In this document: positions 62,401 to 64,000 of the stretch, piece after piece
Layout of the letters: each line of letters opens with the position of its first letter
How positions within the stretch are numbered: the first letter of the stretch is position 1
NCBI GenBank assembly: GCA_046563655.1
Contig: CM102288.1
Span: forward strand, 6,138,001-6,202,000
Source: Yuukianura sp. NJ FZ-2021
Lineage: Eukaryota
Reading direction: 5' to 3'
Length of the DNA stretch: 64,000 bases
Position numbers and translations under genes: made by a program
The notes under the pieces: generated by a model
What the model saw: only the letters and a program-made list of their open reading frames with translations
Database searches by the model: none
What the model was told of the DNA's origin: nothing

Positions 62401-63509
62401 GTTGCATGGGAATAGTTTCCGTTTCACTTTCACATGAACGGAGGAGGAAATTGACAGAAGAAGGTCATGGATATTGCGGGCGAAGGGGAAAAGTGATTTG
62501 GCGGAAGTAATAGATTGCATGTGGACTTGAGTTTTGTTTAGCCAAACTAAACTCCAGCGACAAGCAAGGCGGAAAATTCAATTTCATGGAGAGTAGTGTA
62601 GGGAAACAGTGAAAGTGAAATTTGGAAACAGAAGTGGAAACCTATGCAAAATCCGGAATTCGGGAGGTGGCGCTCGGGTGGAACCCAAACCTAATATTCA
62701 TTTCCTTTTCTCCATTATCCCTCCATTGTGCTCCACACGAACTTTCTCCACTCCCTCATCCACAAGCTAAAAATAAAGTGGGGCACTTGGACCTCAGCCA
62801 AGTCCCCCCCTTACCAAGGCCATTCAACCCCCCCTTAACTCTAACCCCCCCCCTTCTCCGTCATTCCCCTAAAAGCTTAAGACTTATTGACACTCACCAC
62901 TCAAACTCTCCTCAAAGAACCACAGTGACCCAAACTTAATCTTCCTACAAGCTACAGCACAAAAAACGAAAAAAGTACAAGATGAAATGAAAAAAAAATG
63001 AAAATCCATCGGAAATGAAAAAAAAAGTTGACTGGTACGAGAAGGAAACGGAAAAGAAACGGAAAAACTGAAATGAAGAACCCAGAAAATTGAAAGTTTA
63101 GCTGAAATGAAAAAAAGAGGAAATGAAAAGTTTGTTGAAATAAAGACCACAAAAAGTTAAAAGTTAACTGAACTGAAAAATGGAAAAAGAAACTTAACTG
63201 AAAAAGAAAGTTTTAAGACTTTAAATTTCGTTCACAAGATTGTTTCTCATGTAAAAGGTTGGTTTCGGATTTTGGACATGACTTTCAGCGTGGAAAAGAG
63301 CATCAACCCGATAACGCAACAGTCTGAAATTTCACAGACGTCATGTGGGCTTAGAGTAGAATCGATGTTCAAAAAATTGGCGTGATGCGTTTTCGGGTTC
63401 TCGTCCAAAAGTGACGCCAAAGTTGATCTAGTTTTCAACAAAAAATTCGCAATTTTCTGATTATTAAAATGTATAACATCGTCGAGATTAATGTAATTTT
63501 TACCACAGA

Positions 63510-63815
63510 AATATGCACAATTGTAAGTTTCGTTCTGCGAAGCTGCACAATTTCAAACTTCGGGTTTTCAATTTTTATTTTGCACAATTTCTAACTTTTT
63601 AAGTGTATCCGCTGCACATTTTCCTGGTTTTACGTTTTTAGGATGCACAATTTCTAGATTTTGTGTTATTCGCAGTGCACATTTCAAAAAGTTTACGTTC
63701 GAACATTGCACAATTTTCGTACCTTTTCTGTTGTTGCGTTGCACAAGATCAAACTTTCTGGCTGTCACATGGCACAGTTTCGAACCTTTTGTGTTTTAAA
63801 TTGCACATTTTCATA
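63510..63815 (+). repeat. Degenerate minisatellite (TGCACAATTT core)
   Basis: About 10 TGCACA(A)TTT units at roughly 30-bp spacing. Confidence 0.75.
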
Positions 63816-64000
63816 AGTCATAATAATGAGAATTAAGGGCTTGTAAACCGAATATACGTAAGTAGCGAAAGCCCTGTTGAAGTCTGGAAGTGTTGAATTT
63901 GGTAAATGAGTTCCAATTCTAAATGAGTCCATTTTGTTCTTCAGTGATTTCGAAGAATGAGTTAAAAGTTTAATGTTGCAGTTTTAGATTTTTACGAATG

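Overview
AT-rich, intron-rich eukaryotic (arthropod) genomic DNA. The large, nearly intronless divergent ionotropic-receptor genes suggest a basal hexapod such as a springtail; this is inference. Gene order: 5' part of the TRPV channel nanchung (-), a prostaglandin reductase 1-like MDR oxidoreductase (+), polypeptide GalNAc-transferase Pgant35A/GALNT11 (+), alpha-aspartyl dipeptidase/peptidase E (-), tRNA-Gly(CCC) (-), an intronless divergent IR-like receptor (+), a Na+/Ca2+ exchanger (+), an orphan secreted 8-Cys peptide (+), the Rieske cholesterol 7-desaturase neverland (+), caskin (-), and the 3' part of an NMDA receptor 2-type subunit (-) with a second IR-like gene nested antisense in one intron. 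Introns and spacers hold hAT-type MITEs with 8-bp TSDs, tRNA-derived SINEs, fold-back hairpins, minisatellites and a young poly(A) retro-insertion. Most notable observations: substitutions in the NMDAR2 gate (TYTANLAVF) and pore helix (WARLFQ); a perfect ecdysone-response palindrome plus DR1 packed into the 98-nt intron next to the pore exon; recurrent perfect AGGTCAAAGGTCA sites; ~165-bp direct repeats bracketing neverland; a defensin-like peptide with a cleavable-looking basic insert; and a SINE tail that appears to supply a nanchung splice acceptor. Exon boundaries were read by eye and homologies recalled from memory; no searches were run.
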